Under the pieces are notes generated by a model that did not search any database, was not told where the DNA came from, and was given only the letters and a program-made list of their open reading frames with translations. A DNA stretch of 61,615 bases, the filler included, from Jimgerdemannia flammicorona (taxonomy: Eukaryota): the NCBI GenBank assembly GCA_003990765.1. It is 3 parts of 3 records of this genome, joined end to end, with 100 filler letters (N's around TTAATTAATTAA, not from the genome) between each part and the next. Parts side by side here need not be neighbours in the genome. Positions count along the whole stretch, not along the records: positions 1 to 20,476 come from RBNJ01001672.1; 2 more parts are not named here. One strand, written 5' to 3'. Within the stretch, counting starts at the first letter, position 1. Each line of letters starts with the position of its first letter. This document shows, one piece after another, positions 1-12,174 of this stretch. Made by a program: the position numbers and the translations under genes.

Positions 1-390
1 CCTACGCTCACACCCCCAGCCTGGGGACCTCCCCCCCTCCCAAGGCTCGCCTTGCCCTTCCCCACAGCAGCACCAGCCCTGTCTCCAGCAGGCAATCCAC
101 TCCCCTTCACCTTGTCAGCAAAGCTCGAGGGACCAGCCTTTCCGCCACCACCACCTGTTGCCAGTCCTCCACGAGAGCCCTCACCACCGTTCGACCCTCC
201 AAAGGCCCCCATCCCCAGGCCATAACCCCTCCCCACTTGCTGCCAGCCGAAAGCCCCAGCTCCCCCCGACCCAGTATGCCCGTCGGAACTCTTGCTCGAA
301 GACATGTTGATAGTACCTTTTCTCCTAGTAGTGTTGAAAACTGTTGCTTGAAGTCTTGTGTAACGCGAATTGTACTAGAGAAAGGTGCAT
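1..390 (-). mobile_element. 5' end of L1/Tx1-type LINE (5'UTR and ORF1 N-terminus, ATG at 305, runs off window)
   Basis: Minus strand from 305 reads MSSSKSSDGHTGSGGAGAFGWQQVGRGYGLGMG...SSFADKVKG, homologous to the ORF1 start of the LINE at 48200-48620 (FGWQ*VGRRRDGLGM...STFADKVR). CpGs are largely retained. Confidence 0.8.
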
Positions 391-399
391 AGTGCTGTA

Positions 400-733
400 A
401 CCTATAGAAGGTACGCAGACAGCGAATCCAGTCTCCAAACAGACATACATCAGAAACACTACAGGACTATCAAGGAGAGATGTTACTACTGCAGATAGAC
501 TTTACACCCTTTATAAATGAAACCCTGCAGCCCTGATACAAGCACAATTCTCCTGGTATGATATATGAGGAATGAATCTAGCCACCTACCTGAGCATCAT
601 CAATGCTGTCAAAATTCTATTTCCAGAAGAAGAAGAAGAACTCTTGGAATTGAGCAACCAGGGTACAGATGATAAAGATGATGGAACAGGTATTGATGCA
701 GAATATGCTTATCCACACTGGAATGATGACTAA
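400..733 (+). pseudogene. Degenerate ORF directly upstream of the PPT of a gypsy-type element, unknown product
   Basis: Frame reads ...DVTTADRLYTLINETLQPLIQAQFSWYDI*GMNLATYLSIINAVKILFPEEEEELLELSNQGTDDKDDGTGIDAEYAYPHWNDD* with one internal TGA at 566. The second copy (41020-41048, minus) ends AYAYWDDD*. Confidence 0.5.
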
Positions 734-773
734 AGAATAGTCTGAGAACAGACCATCCTTTAGTAGAGACTGA

Positions 774-2136
774 TATAATACACCAAAAACATACTACCTA
801 AATTATATCTTAGCCAGATAATGTAAAAAATTAGTAACTTAGTCAGATGATGTAAATATATAGCATAGTAACCAGATACAGCAACCATTGCTGTAAAAAA
901 GTGTATAAATAGCCAGACTACTAGACAATGTATATCTGTGCAGGACCTGTACACCTGTGCTGGACATGTACACTTGTGTTGGACCTGCACAACTTCCCAT
1001 AAGTAGCAAATCTATAGTTAGCCACATAGCAATCAGATAGTAACCATAATGTATAAAATATCCCAGAGACAAGAGTGAATAAACCTCAGTCCAAATTGAA
1101 GTACAAATCAAAGAAGCCTCTAAAGATTGAGCATTTGTCTCCTTATTCTCACTTCAGTCTACTTTCTGATACAAAGCTGATTTTGCTGCTAATTTTGAGT
1201 GAAAAACTTTGCCACCTTTGGAATTATTGGTATACTTGCCAGACTAAACCTGAAGAATCTGAGTTTGCTACCCAAGTTTAAGGAAGAAATTTGCTACTAT
1301 TTCTAAGTTATCTGCATTTCCAGAAAGCCTAAGAGAAAGCTGCCTTGCTTAAGCCAGTTTCTGATGCAACTTCACAGTGAATCCATTTATACAAATGAAG
1401 CCAGTCTTTGATATAACTTTGCCAAGAGACTCTTTTCCAAAAGCTACCTGTTATATTTTCCAGTTGAAGCTGCCATTTTCAAGAAGTCTGCCAATTCAGG
1501 AGAATCTGTATTATCTGCCATTTTTGAGTTATCTGTATTCCCAGAGAACTCATACCACCTAAGTATTATTCCCAGAAAGTCTGCCAGTTCAGAAAGAATC
1601 CATGACATCCTAGTTACCCAAGTTATTTGAATTATCTATGCCATCTGAGTTATTTGTTTGTTCCAAGTGACCCAAATCAAGTTATCTTTCAGAAATCACA
1701 TACTTTTGGAAATTACTACTACCTAAGAAGGAAACCATTAAATTGACAGATTACCATATATAAGGAACCCACCATGCTACATCAGATTGTCATATAGAAA
1801 TCATATAAGGAGAACTGCTAAATTGCCAGACTGTCATATATAAGGAGATTGTCATGCTATATAGAAATCACCCACTGCTTAAGAAGAAAACTACTCATAT
1901 TACATATGAAATTCTGCCAATTCCTAGTTGATCTAAGAAGGAATGATATATAAATCACTGCTATACTCAGAGAACTATCCCAATAAGAAAATTGCTCACA
2001 GATATCCAGCTTTGACTATTATACCACTAAACACCAAGAACATTTTATTACTTTTAACAAAGTAACTGGGGGCTCAAGCCAAACTACATCAACTCCCAAC
2101 CTTATAATTTACCTCCATTGAGCCAAGTATATTACA
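774..2136 (+). mobile_element. 3' LTR of Ty3/gypsy-type element, heavily mutated copy
   Basis: Reverse-complement homolog of 39782-40982. Starts TATAATA (TGTGACA in the other copy) after PPT-like TAGTAGAGACTGA and ends ATTACA. Confidence 0.8.
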
Positions 2137-2504
2137 ATATATATAATAATTAAAATATTAATTTTAATATTTTATTAATTATAATAATAAGAACTCATTA
2201 TAACTATATATAGATAGAACTAAAGCAAAAAATTCCCAAAGCTTTAGCATCTATTAACCTTCTTGCTATCTAAAAATATATATATTATTGTCAAAGATAT
2301 ATAATTGCCTATCAGCAGAGACTTACTTTAGCTGCTACAGAATATGTAGTAAAAAAAAACATTTATATTGATATATTTCTCAAAGTATGGTTCAATCTAT
2401 TGATGTTTAGTTATAGAATAATTGTATTTTATATTATTATTTTCATATTATATATATATATTAGTTAGATAAATATATTTTATTATATATATATATAATA
2501 TTAA

Positions 2505-3780
2505 TGATTCTCTATCTGTCTTTATTGAGAGTTCTCTATCAGTAAGCCTCTATTCATAGTTCTCTGCTATTGAGCCTTTATCAATAAAAATTCAGTAGTA
2601 ATAATAGTTCTTTGCTATTAAGTCTCTATCAACTGTTCTTTGCCATTAAGCCTCCATTGATAATTCTGTATCATTGAGTCTCCATCAATGAGAATTCAGT
2701 AGTAATAATAGTTCTTTACCATGTCTCTATTGATCATTCTCTGCTATTGAGCCTCTATTAATAAGAATTTAGTAGTAATGATAGTTCTCTGCCACCAAGC
2801 CGCTATCAATAGTAATTCAGTAGTAATAATAGTTCTTTGCTACATATCAAGCCTTTATTGATCATTCTCTACCATTGAGTCTCCATTAACTATTCTTTAT
2901 TATTGAGCCTCTATCAACTATTCTCTGCCATTGAGTCTCTATCAATGAGAATTCAGCAGCAATAATAGTTCTCTATCAATGAGTCTCTATTAAAATAGAA
3001 TTTAGTAGTAATGATAGTTCTCTGCTATTGAGCCTCTATCAACCATTATCTACCATCAAGTCTTTATTAATGAGAATTCAGCAGTAATGAGTCTTTATTA
3101 ACTACTCTCTATCATTGAGCCTCTATTGACTATTCTCTACTATTGAGTCTCTATTAATGAGAATTCAGCAGTAATGACAGTTCTCTATCACTGAGCCTCT
3201 ATTAATGAGAATTTAGCAGTAATGATAGTTCTCTTTTATTGAGTCTCTATCAATAAGAATTTAGCAGTAAAGACAGTTCTCTATCATTAAGCCTTTATCA
3301 ATTATTCTCTATTATTGATCTTCTATTAACTATTCTCTACTATCAAGTCTCTATTAATGAGAATTTAGTAGTAACAAGTCTCTATTAATTATTCTCTACT
3401 ATTGAGCCTCTATCAATGAGAATTTAGCAGTAATGAGCCTCTATCAATCATTCTCTACCATTGAGTCTCTATTAATAAGAATTTAGTAGCAATAATAGTT
3501 CTGTGCCATCAAGCCTCTATTAAAGAGAATTCAGCAGTAATAACTGTTTTTTATCATCAAGCCTCTATTAATAATTCTCTACTATTGAGCCTCTATTAAC
3601 TATTCTCTGCCATCAAGCTTTTATTAATAAGAATTCAGTAGCAATGATGATTCTCTGTCATCAAGTCTTCATTGATCTTTCTCTATCATCAAGCCTATCA
3701 ATGGTTCTTTGCCAGTGAGCCTCTATTAATGAGAATTTAATAGCAATAATAAGCTTTTATTAATAAGAATTTAGATATAT
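2505..3780. repeat. Complex tandem array of about 28-, 31- and 48-bp modules
   Basis: Recurrent TGAGCCTCTATCAACTATTCTCTGCCAT and TGAGTCTCTATTAATGAGAATTCAGCAGTAATGATAGTTCTC units. Variants differ mostly by C/T and G/A, and there is almost no CpG. Confidence 0.9.
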
Positions 3781-4455
3781 CAATAGATAATTTTTTTCAA
3801 AAAAACTCTTTATAGAATTAAAGTTAGAAATAATTTAGATTATTTTATATTTTTTTAAAAAAAAATTATAATATCATTAGCAAGAAATAGAAGTCAAAAA
3901 AATAGTTAAAAAAAACATATATATATTTCAAATAATTATTACTTATTATAAATATAATAAAATTAAAAAAACAACTCTTTATAAAGTTATAGCCAGAATA
4001 TTACTCTTTTGATATATATTAATGAAAAATATATATTGTGCCATTATTATAAAGAAATAAGATCTAAAAAAAAGTGTTAAAATAGTTGAGTATAGGCGTG
4101 GAAATTGAGTTAAAATTGGAATAAACATAGTCATGTGATTAATTTTTCAGTGAATTTGATAAAAAAAATTAATTATTATATATAAATATAAGAGAGAATA
4201 ATAATAAAAACTCCCTATAGAAGTAAATTCAAGAGTGTTTTTTATTAGATTATGTTTTTTATTATTATTATATTAATTGTCTAGAAATAGAGTTTTTTTA
4301 AAAAAAAAAATGACTATAGACGTGGTGCACTATACACGACCCAACATCGCAGAGATATGTACGTCATCGCTGTCAAGTGTCTGCCTCTGACGTCATTGCA
4401 ATACGGCCAATATTTATTTTCCGACCATTCGAGCGATCTTAGATCGCATTAAACT

Positions 4456-6303
4456 ATGGCTAAGCCCATTTTTCAGGTTTTGCTAGTGATTCTCGTCTTC
4501 GAATCCCATCGGGCAACAACCTTCATTCCTATAGGTCAGTGGGCCCAGACCGCCATCCTCATCAATAGCACTGTCTATGTCTACGGTGGAGCACGCGACC
4601 TCTCCGAAATAGGTAGCAGGAGTATGTACACCCTTGATGTCTCCGTGCCCTGGACGAACAAAGACCCCGTCTGGATGGATCATTCAAGCGACAGTGGCAT
4701 TTCCTTTGCACCTCTGACTTCATACCACAACATGTGGCCATCTAACGACAGAAAATCTTTCTACGTCTGGGGTGGCGGAAGCACGATCGCAATGAATCTG
4801 AAGGAAAGCGGATTTGCCCAATACGACCTTTCCAGGAAGGCCTGGTCAATTCCGTCCGGGACCGCAGCCGTCGATGTGCCACAGCCAAGGAGGGAGACGG
4901 CCGCAGTGTTGACTTCGTTCGGGGTCGCCTACATCTGGGGTGGGGTTGGCGATTCCCTTAATGGTGAGTATAGTGGATGGAGGTCATTAAATTGAGCCAG
5001 AATTTATTAATAGACCTTTGATTCCAATTTTAGGATACACTGTCGACGACACCTTTGGGAAAACGATCTACAACGAAATGATTTCTTTTGATACCACCAA
5101 ACTTCTCTGGAGCGTTCTCAACGTCTCCGGACAAGTGCCCCTACCGAGGATTTTGCACACGACCACGATGCTCCTGTACGGCTCGATTATATATACTCAT
5201 CGTTGTTTTAACCGCCATCAGTGCACATTTATTCACATCCCATCTCTTTTCCCAGTAATAATCAAATTGTCATGATCGGCGGTCTGAACGGCACACAAAT
5301 TAATACCTCCTTTATATTACTCCAATATTCTTCCATGACTGAAATTCCTGTTTTTGAGTAGTTATATGGTTTTTCTTTCTTCTCTTTGGAAGATGGCATA
5401 TTCCCTCGTATCTGACCAATTGCCTTCTGAATTTTTGTCTTTAGTACAAATGCTGGGACATGGATTTCTAATAACGCAATGGGCGAAATACCTCGCGCGC
5501 GTCGCATGCACACCGCGGTTTTGGGTAAGAAATTTCGAAATCACAAACATATTTCACCCCTCCCCCTGTGTTGCGCTTAACGACTTGTCGTATTGCCCTC
5601 ACGCAGCTTCAGACGGCTTTTCCATTATAATCTGCTGCGGTGGAACGCAATTGGCGTCGGTCAATCTTAACGACGTTGCGGTGCTCGACACACGTACTTG
5701 GCAGTGGATGCAGCCGGTCACCAACGGAAATGCACCTGAAGGAAGGTTAGGGTTATCGTCGGTAATGATCAATGGCCAGATGCTCATCTTTTTTGGTACG
5801 CGTCACAATCACGTTCTATTTCGTTTTTCTCCTTTCCTTTTGGACCATATACGAAATTACATTTTCATTTTTTGTGCACATTGTCTGTAACAGGCAGCAA
5901 TGGTTCGTGTTTGAATGACGTTGCCATCTTGGACACAAGGACAACACCCTACCAATGGGCGAGCAGCTTCTCTCCGAACTCCAACACACCCAGCCCCACC
6001 TACAATACATCCTATCCTGCCTCAAATACACCCGGTCCGCCTTCATACAGCATCGATAGCCTCGGCGGCATCGGCGGCATCGTTGGTATTTCCATTGGGG
6101 TGATCCTCTTCTCCATCCTCATTTTTCTTCTCATCCGCAAACAATGGCAGCGACGCAGTCATCGGGAACTTCCGCAAGAACAAGATGTTCCATTCCGCGG
6201 ATCTCCGATGACGGAGCCGCAGCTAAATCAGAAACCCGACCAGAACAATCGGAAGCCTGACCAGTATAATCAGAAACCTATGTCAATAGAGATTGAAATA
6301 TAA
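4456..6303 (+). CDS. Kelch-repeat (galactose-oxidase-like beta-propeller) single-pass membrane protein, about 476 aa, 6 exons
   Basis: Exons 4456-4963, 5034-5175, 5256-5357, 5445-5524, 5607-5795 and 5894-6303 splice in frame with GT-AG (1431 nt). Signal peptide, repeated kelch blades (VYVYGG, FYVWGG, AYIWGG, IVMIGG, IICCGG, LIFFG; DT..W), S/P/T stalk, TM GGIVGISIGVILFSILIFLLI, short tail with QKPDQ repeats. Confidence 0.9.
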
Positions 6304-7162
6304 AAATTATAAATTATAATAACTTTATTACAATTTTTAAAAATCACTTTTCCATTAACATTGAATGATTTTCTCCTTTTGTTTTTGGAAGATATTAAAA
6401 AAAAAATATTAATTTTGAATTTTTTTACCAACTTTTATGACTTATATATTTATTTATTACAGTGAAATTTGAATATATATTAAATATAAAAAAAAAAAAA
6501 AACAAGATTAATTTTAGTAGTTGAAATAAATTTTTGATTTTATTTTTTTTTAATATTATTTAATAATTGAAATATAAGTTTAATTATAAATATATATATA
6601 TCTTGAATGTGATTAAGTTAGACTATGAGAGATCATGCACCGAGTTCGAATGCGAGCAGCTACGCGATTTCCTAAGCTGGATTCTCGGTTGCTGTTCCTC
6701 GACGCCTGCGCCGCGGCGGCGGGCCAGCGGTTTTGCTCACGGGTACCTCCTCGAATCGGGACACATGGGCCCTGGGCAGGAAGGCCGGCGTCACGGAGTT
6801 GCTGGAACGCGAATGGTACAGGACACGATTGGTTATGATGGCGATTTTGATTTAGAAAAGACCTGGAAAGTGTACAGACTGTACATGAAGAGGGTCCTGG
6901 TTCGAGAAGGAAGTGCAGATTGAGTTATGAAGGGGTGGTTTCGATAAAGGCGGGCGAGGCTGGTTGGAGTGGGACATTCATTTTTGTGAAGGCTGCTCTT
7001 GGTTAGGAACATTAAAATATACCTCAATTGCTTTTTATTTCACAGGATTCGTTTTTCAGGGGTGACCGTAAAATGGATTTCGTGCACTCAACATCGGATG
7101 ACCTCATTGTTAATGCAAAGTTGCGAAATCTCCGTCGATTACAATATATGATTTCAGTGACC

Positions 7163-7193
<31 letters not shown>

Positions 7194-8099
7194 CGATTCA
7201 GGATGTCATGCCATATATAGCGGCAAATCCGTACGCCAGCGTCGTTTGATTCGCCGTGATTGAGTAGCAAGTCGGTGGTGTCCTTGAATTCTTCAGCGTG
7301 GTGTCTGCATCGCGAAGCAGATTGGTAATAAGGACGCCAGCCACACAGACCGTTCATCTCGCAATAGCGCGGGCTCCGTCCTCTCGTTGTATCGTCCAAG
7401 AACGAAAAACTTTTACACAGTACGTTGTCAAGAAACGCTACATCGTCCCAATACCTCACCAAGTTACATAAACACCTCCAGTGATTCCTCGCCTGACAGG
7501 CTGACAGGTATGTAGTGTCTTTCTTCACGGGAAAAGGTCCCATACAATATTTCTTATTTTATTTTATTTTTATTCCGACACTTCAATTTGGACCGCAATT
7601 TACGATATCTTTCCTTGCCGCCAGGAGGTATAATACCAGTACGTGTGTTAAGATAATTTCTTTGTTGCCATACTGGCCTATAGCAATGGTAATGTCCGGT
7701 AAAATCGCGTTCAGTTATACGCAAAATTATTCAAGCTAAATATCGATCCTGCTTCTCCGCCTGTGGAAAAGCTTCCAGACCAACAAAGCAGTTACAGCTC
7801 CATCAGGTGAGCCCACCAAGTATGCCAAATGAGTTCCAGATAAGCCAGGCGTGCTTTTATTGGGAAGGGGGACTAGGCCGTGGCATTGATGAGAATCGAC
7901 GGTTTAATTGGCTTGGACATTGACGGTAGTGAGTTGCTCATTCAAAATCCTGACGCTAAAGTCTAGCAGAGGATGGATAGTGAGACCAAAACAGACGAGA
8001 CAATTACCGCGCACTTGCTGCAAGACCTACTTGCTTGCGTAGCAACACTCTAACAAACCAGGACATGGTGCCAAACGTAATTCTCCAAAGGTTTATTGA

Positions 8100-8990
8100 T
8101 GACATAAAATAAGGTATTGCCTCCATATTAATTAAAAAGAGAGAGAGAGAGAGAGAGAACCTTTTCAATCTACATAGTCCTCTCGCCCTAGCAGCATCAA
8201 CCATCTTAATAAAATGGCAACGGTGACATAACTTTTCCGTTCCATCCCGCTCCACTTCATCCGCCTCTTGTTCGTAAAAACGGCCCTGTGCTTGAGGAGT
8301 CGGTCATGGTCATCTTTGCGACTGTGATGGGTTTCCTCTCGTGATGTTGAGTTTATCCACTAGACTCGGTGCCGCCCAACAAACTCCGCACACGGCTGCA
8401 GACATACGCCCTGCTTCGTCACTTCACCCGTGTGCGTCGAGCCAACAGTGTGATAATTTCCCCAACAGACAACGGCAGCATATGCCATTTTTACTGGACA
8501 AGACGTGCTTGTCGGTGATACCGGCCAATCTGGGTATTGTACCGGTCGTGGTTCGAGTAGACGGCTGTGTATTCGAGATGGCGCCAATAAGCCTTTTCGA
8601 AGGTCAACTGTTCTGTGGAGTTGTGAGGAATGGCCGAATTTAGCGAGGTGTGCTCAATCTCTAATATCATATTGTCGACAACATCCCTCTTCATAAAAGG
8701 CTCCAATCCACTTCTCCCACTCTTTATAATTTTTCTTTCTTTGTCACTCACACGCTCCCCCAAATACCTACCGTTAGTGACCGTAACAATGTTATCTTGC
8801 TTGACCATCTTTAAAAGCCGTCGCTCGTCGTCTGCAAGTACAAAGTTGAGTGGAAATCTGCCAGGGTATTCAGAAATTTTGAGTCCTAAGCGACGCGCAC
8901 TTCACTCATTTCGAGCTCCCATACCTTTGCAGCTCCGCTCTTCCGGGTCGAGTCAAGGCTAGGGTGAGTCGAACAAATTGGAACGTGAAC
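8100..8990 (-). pseudogene. Frameshifted, stop-interrupted gene remnant of unknown family
   Basis: CpG-normal island with protein-like segments in changing frames (ORF 8491-8808; DRLLKHRAVFYEQEADEVERDGTEKLCHRCHFIKMVDAARARGLC). No recognisable domain. Confidence 0.35.
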
Positions 8991-9269
8991 GTAGTGCCAG
9001 GTAGACCAGTTGCATTGTGAGGTTGGCCAAAGAAGTTGGCCAAAGAGGTTCGGCATCTATGTCACGAACAAGCCAACGTGTTCTGTTTTTAGTTTTCTAG
9101 CGCATATGTGTGTAAGAAATACATGTATGAGCATTTCGTACGGTTGGAATGAGTTGTGGCGTTTTCGAACTTCTCCTCTACCTTTGTATAATATACATAT
9201 ATTCAATTCAAGCTCCCAGATACTTATGATGCTACAATAAAGTACTTTTCAACCCGGAAATGATTCAAA

Positions 9270-11330
9270 TAGAAGCATTCACGTCCTGTGAATGCCTACC
9301 TGATCTCCCCTTCCTATTATATTACTGTGAGTAATGAACAACTCTAACAACAACAACAACAGGATGCCCTGGCTGAGTGTGCTGAGTTCCTTTGACAGGT
9401 CACCAAGGCTGTCATGGTCAGCCTCTATCCTCCTCTACTAGATCCAGAGGTCACAAACCAGCAGGACCAATAATGTCTAATTGATATCCTTTTCCTTCAG
9501 TATTCCAGATATTCCAACCCTGCAGTCCTTAGACTCAAAGGAAATCCTGATGGTATAGACCTCCACAATGATGCTGACAGCAGTGGGGATGAAATCCTCA
9601 TAGTAACCAAGTCTTGAACTATTGGGAGATATTATGTATCTCTTATATTCACTGATATCATTCTACTAAAATTTATTAAGGCATACCTCATCTCTACTAG
9701 TTTCAAGAAACTCCTCTATTGAAACTCTGAATCCAAACAGGGTGTTCTCTGCACCCTCTCTATTAATGAAGTCTTCACTGATAATTTCAGCAAATCTATC
9801 AAAGAAGCAGATAAAGTTCTTGCTGATATCTAATGAGTAATCTACAATACTCTCTAATCCCTCACCATTATTCTCTAGGCCCTCAAACCTCACATCAATA
9901 GTGCTACTCTCCACTACTACAAATTGGTCTATGATACTATCATTCTGTTCTTGGTGAAAAAATTACAAAACTATCTCCAGATCAGACTTTATAAAGCAAA
10001 ATATATACAGATTTACTGCTATATCAAACTAACCAAATCTACTAAATAGTTACTAATTCTCATCTCTATCTACTATATGGTGGTCTCTGGTTCTAAGTAT
10101 GATGGAGATCTGTTTGGTACTAAATTTATCTATTGTTTTTATAATGATACCAAATATCACAAGCTTCTCCTCATAGTTAAGAAAATCTCCAAACTGTCAG
10201 ATAACATACCTCCATCCTGTAGCTCTAGTGGTCATAGCTGGGAAAATAGGTTCTGGGGTAGTCACTGCTCTAACAACTATAATTTATAATAACAGAGCTT
10301 CTAGAACTATGTATACTCTAAGTACAAATAGCTGATATAGTTCTCAATACTGAGCTCTGAATTTAGATAATAGTATGTTAACACCTGCTGCTCACTCTTG
10401 AAGAATCAATTGATCTATAATACTATTATTCTCAAGATCTCAAATATTATCTCTAAGATAGGAGCTTAGTTAGTTTAGATCTCTGAGATTATTTGAATAA
10501 CTCTGAGTATTAACTGTTGAATCATCAATATGGTCTATAGAAAGAACTATATTGAATAATTATAAATCTCAACCCTTTTCTAAATAGAACTCAGATTCTT
10601 TTATGAGAGAAGTATATCAGTAATAGAGAAGGTTCTAATAGATACTACCATTGTTGAGTTTTAGTATAAGAAGACCATATACTCATATAGAACAGAGATC
10701 AGCACTTATTTTTCAATATCTTTGCAATTCTTCAGATTGATAAGAATCAAATCTATCTTAATATATATCTATTTACTGAATGAGTTTGTAAGGTAATTAT
10801 ACTTCAAGATAGAAGATATTCAGATTTAATACTATATATTCTAGTCTAACAACTATCTCATTAAGATCAATATAAAGAATATCTATTTTTATATTTTCTT
10901 ATACTTAGATGATTAATAATTTCTTATCTTTCAATAATAGAAAATTAATTACAAATTCTATAATATGCTTTTTGACCTATCATCTGCTCTACATATTTAG
11001 ATAAAGATATTAATAGTAGTTCTGAAGTCTTTTTAAGTAAAGAGTATCTAGCTCACCTATTAAATTAATGATATATATCTCTCAGTCTCTATGAGAGATA
11101 ATATGCTCTAATATAGAGGGATTGTTTGCAACTATCTAAAGATATTAGGTTTTCTTCTACATATTATATCTACTTAATAAAGAAAGTATGTCTCTTTGCT
11201 GAATATACATATCTCTAAAATAGAAATATACATGCTAATTTTCTAAGCTATATCTATACTAGTCCAGATAAGTGATAACTCAACCCAATACTATTCTGAT
11301 ATTTTCTCTATTAGGGCTCTATATATATAT
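9270..11330. mobile_element. Highly mutated TE remnant, class uncertain
   Basis: Abrupt loss of CpG from about 9290, TpA-rich, stop-riddled, adjoining other TEs. No diagnostic motif confidently read. Confidence 0.45.
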
Positions 11331-11924
11331 TATAATATAGCAGATATATAACTAGAGAAATGTAGCAAATTTCTATAACTCTTCTTGACTTCTCAGAGTT
11401 ATAAGTAGTATCTGTCTGATCTCATTATCAGACTACTAGAGTGAGGCTCAAACTCTTTTGATCTGAGGTTTATTCACTCTAGATATTAGAGATATTTATA
11501 CAAGCTTATTAGCTATAAGGTGGCTCAGTTATAACTATATTTCCTATAGATTATTCTTTACAAGTATTAATTCTTAACATCCATTAAATCTTTAACATCT
11601 GTAAATACTTTAATATCTGTTTAAGTTTCTGTATTTGTGAAATATGACTGCTATTTATAAGGCTATACTATAGTAAATCAGGAAATCAGATTTATGTACT
11701 ATGATTAAATGTCTATTTTCTGTTTTGATTCCATACTATATATCATATCTTTCTCCTGAATAGGTTATTTTTTATGTAAAAATACCTATTCAAATTTCTA
11801 CATCTCAATGTTTATATATTTATTTCCTCTATATAGACATATTTATGATATATCCAAGCAATTGTCAGAATATTTTTCAAGGTTCCAAAAAAGTCTTCAA
11901 ATAATTAATTTGAGTAGTAGTATA

Positions 11925-12170
11925 CATATTATCAAAAGTCAGATGATAGTATCTTCAAAAATCAATAATATTCTTCAAATAATTAACTCAAGCATAGTTT
12001 ATATATTATATATCAAAAGTTAGATAATGATAGTTTATATCTTCAAAAGTCAGATGGTGGCAAATTATATATCATAGAATAGCTTTCAGACTCATCAAGT
12101 ACAGTAACAGTTCATATATTATCAAAAGTCAGATGACAATAGTTTGTATATCATTAAAAGTTAAATAATG
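11925..12170. repeat. Degenerate tandem repeats ATCAAAAGTCAGATGATAGT inside the TRIM-like element
   Basis: The motif recurs about five times. Confidence 0.65.
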
Positions 12171-12174
12171 ATAG

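Noticed and set aside
2505..3780. CRISPR-like array
   Set aside because: No unique spacers, eukaryotic context, no cas genes.
6620..7520. Protein-coding gene
   Set aside because: CpG-normal and exon-like, but no consistent frame or domain could be assembled.
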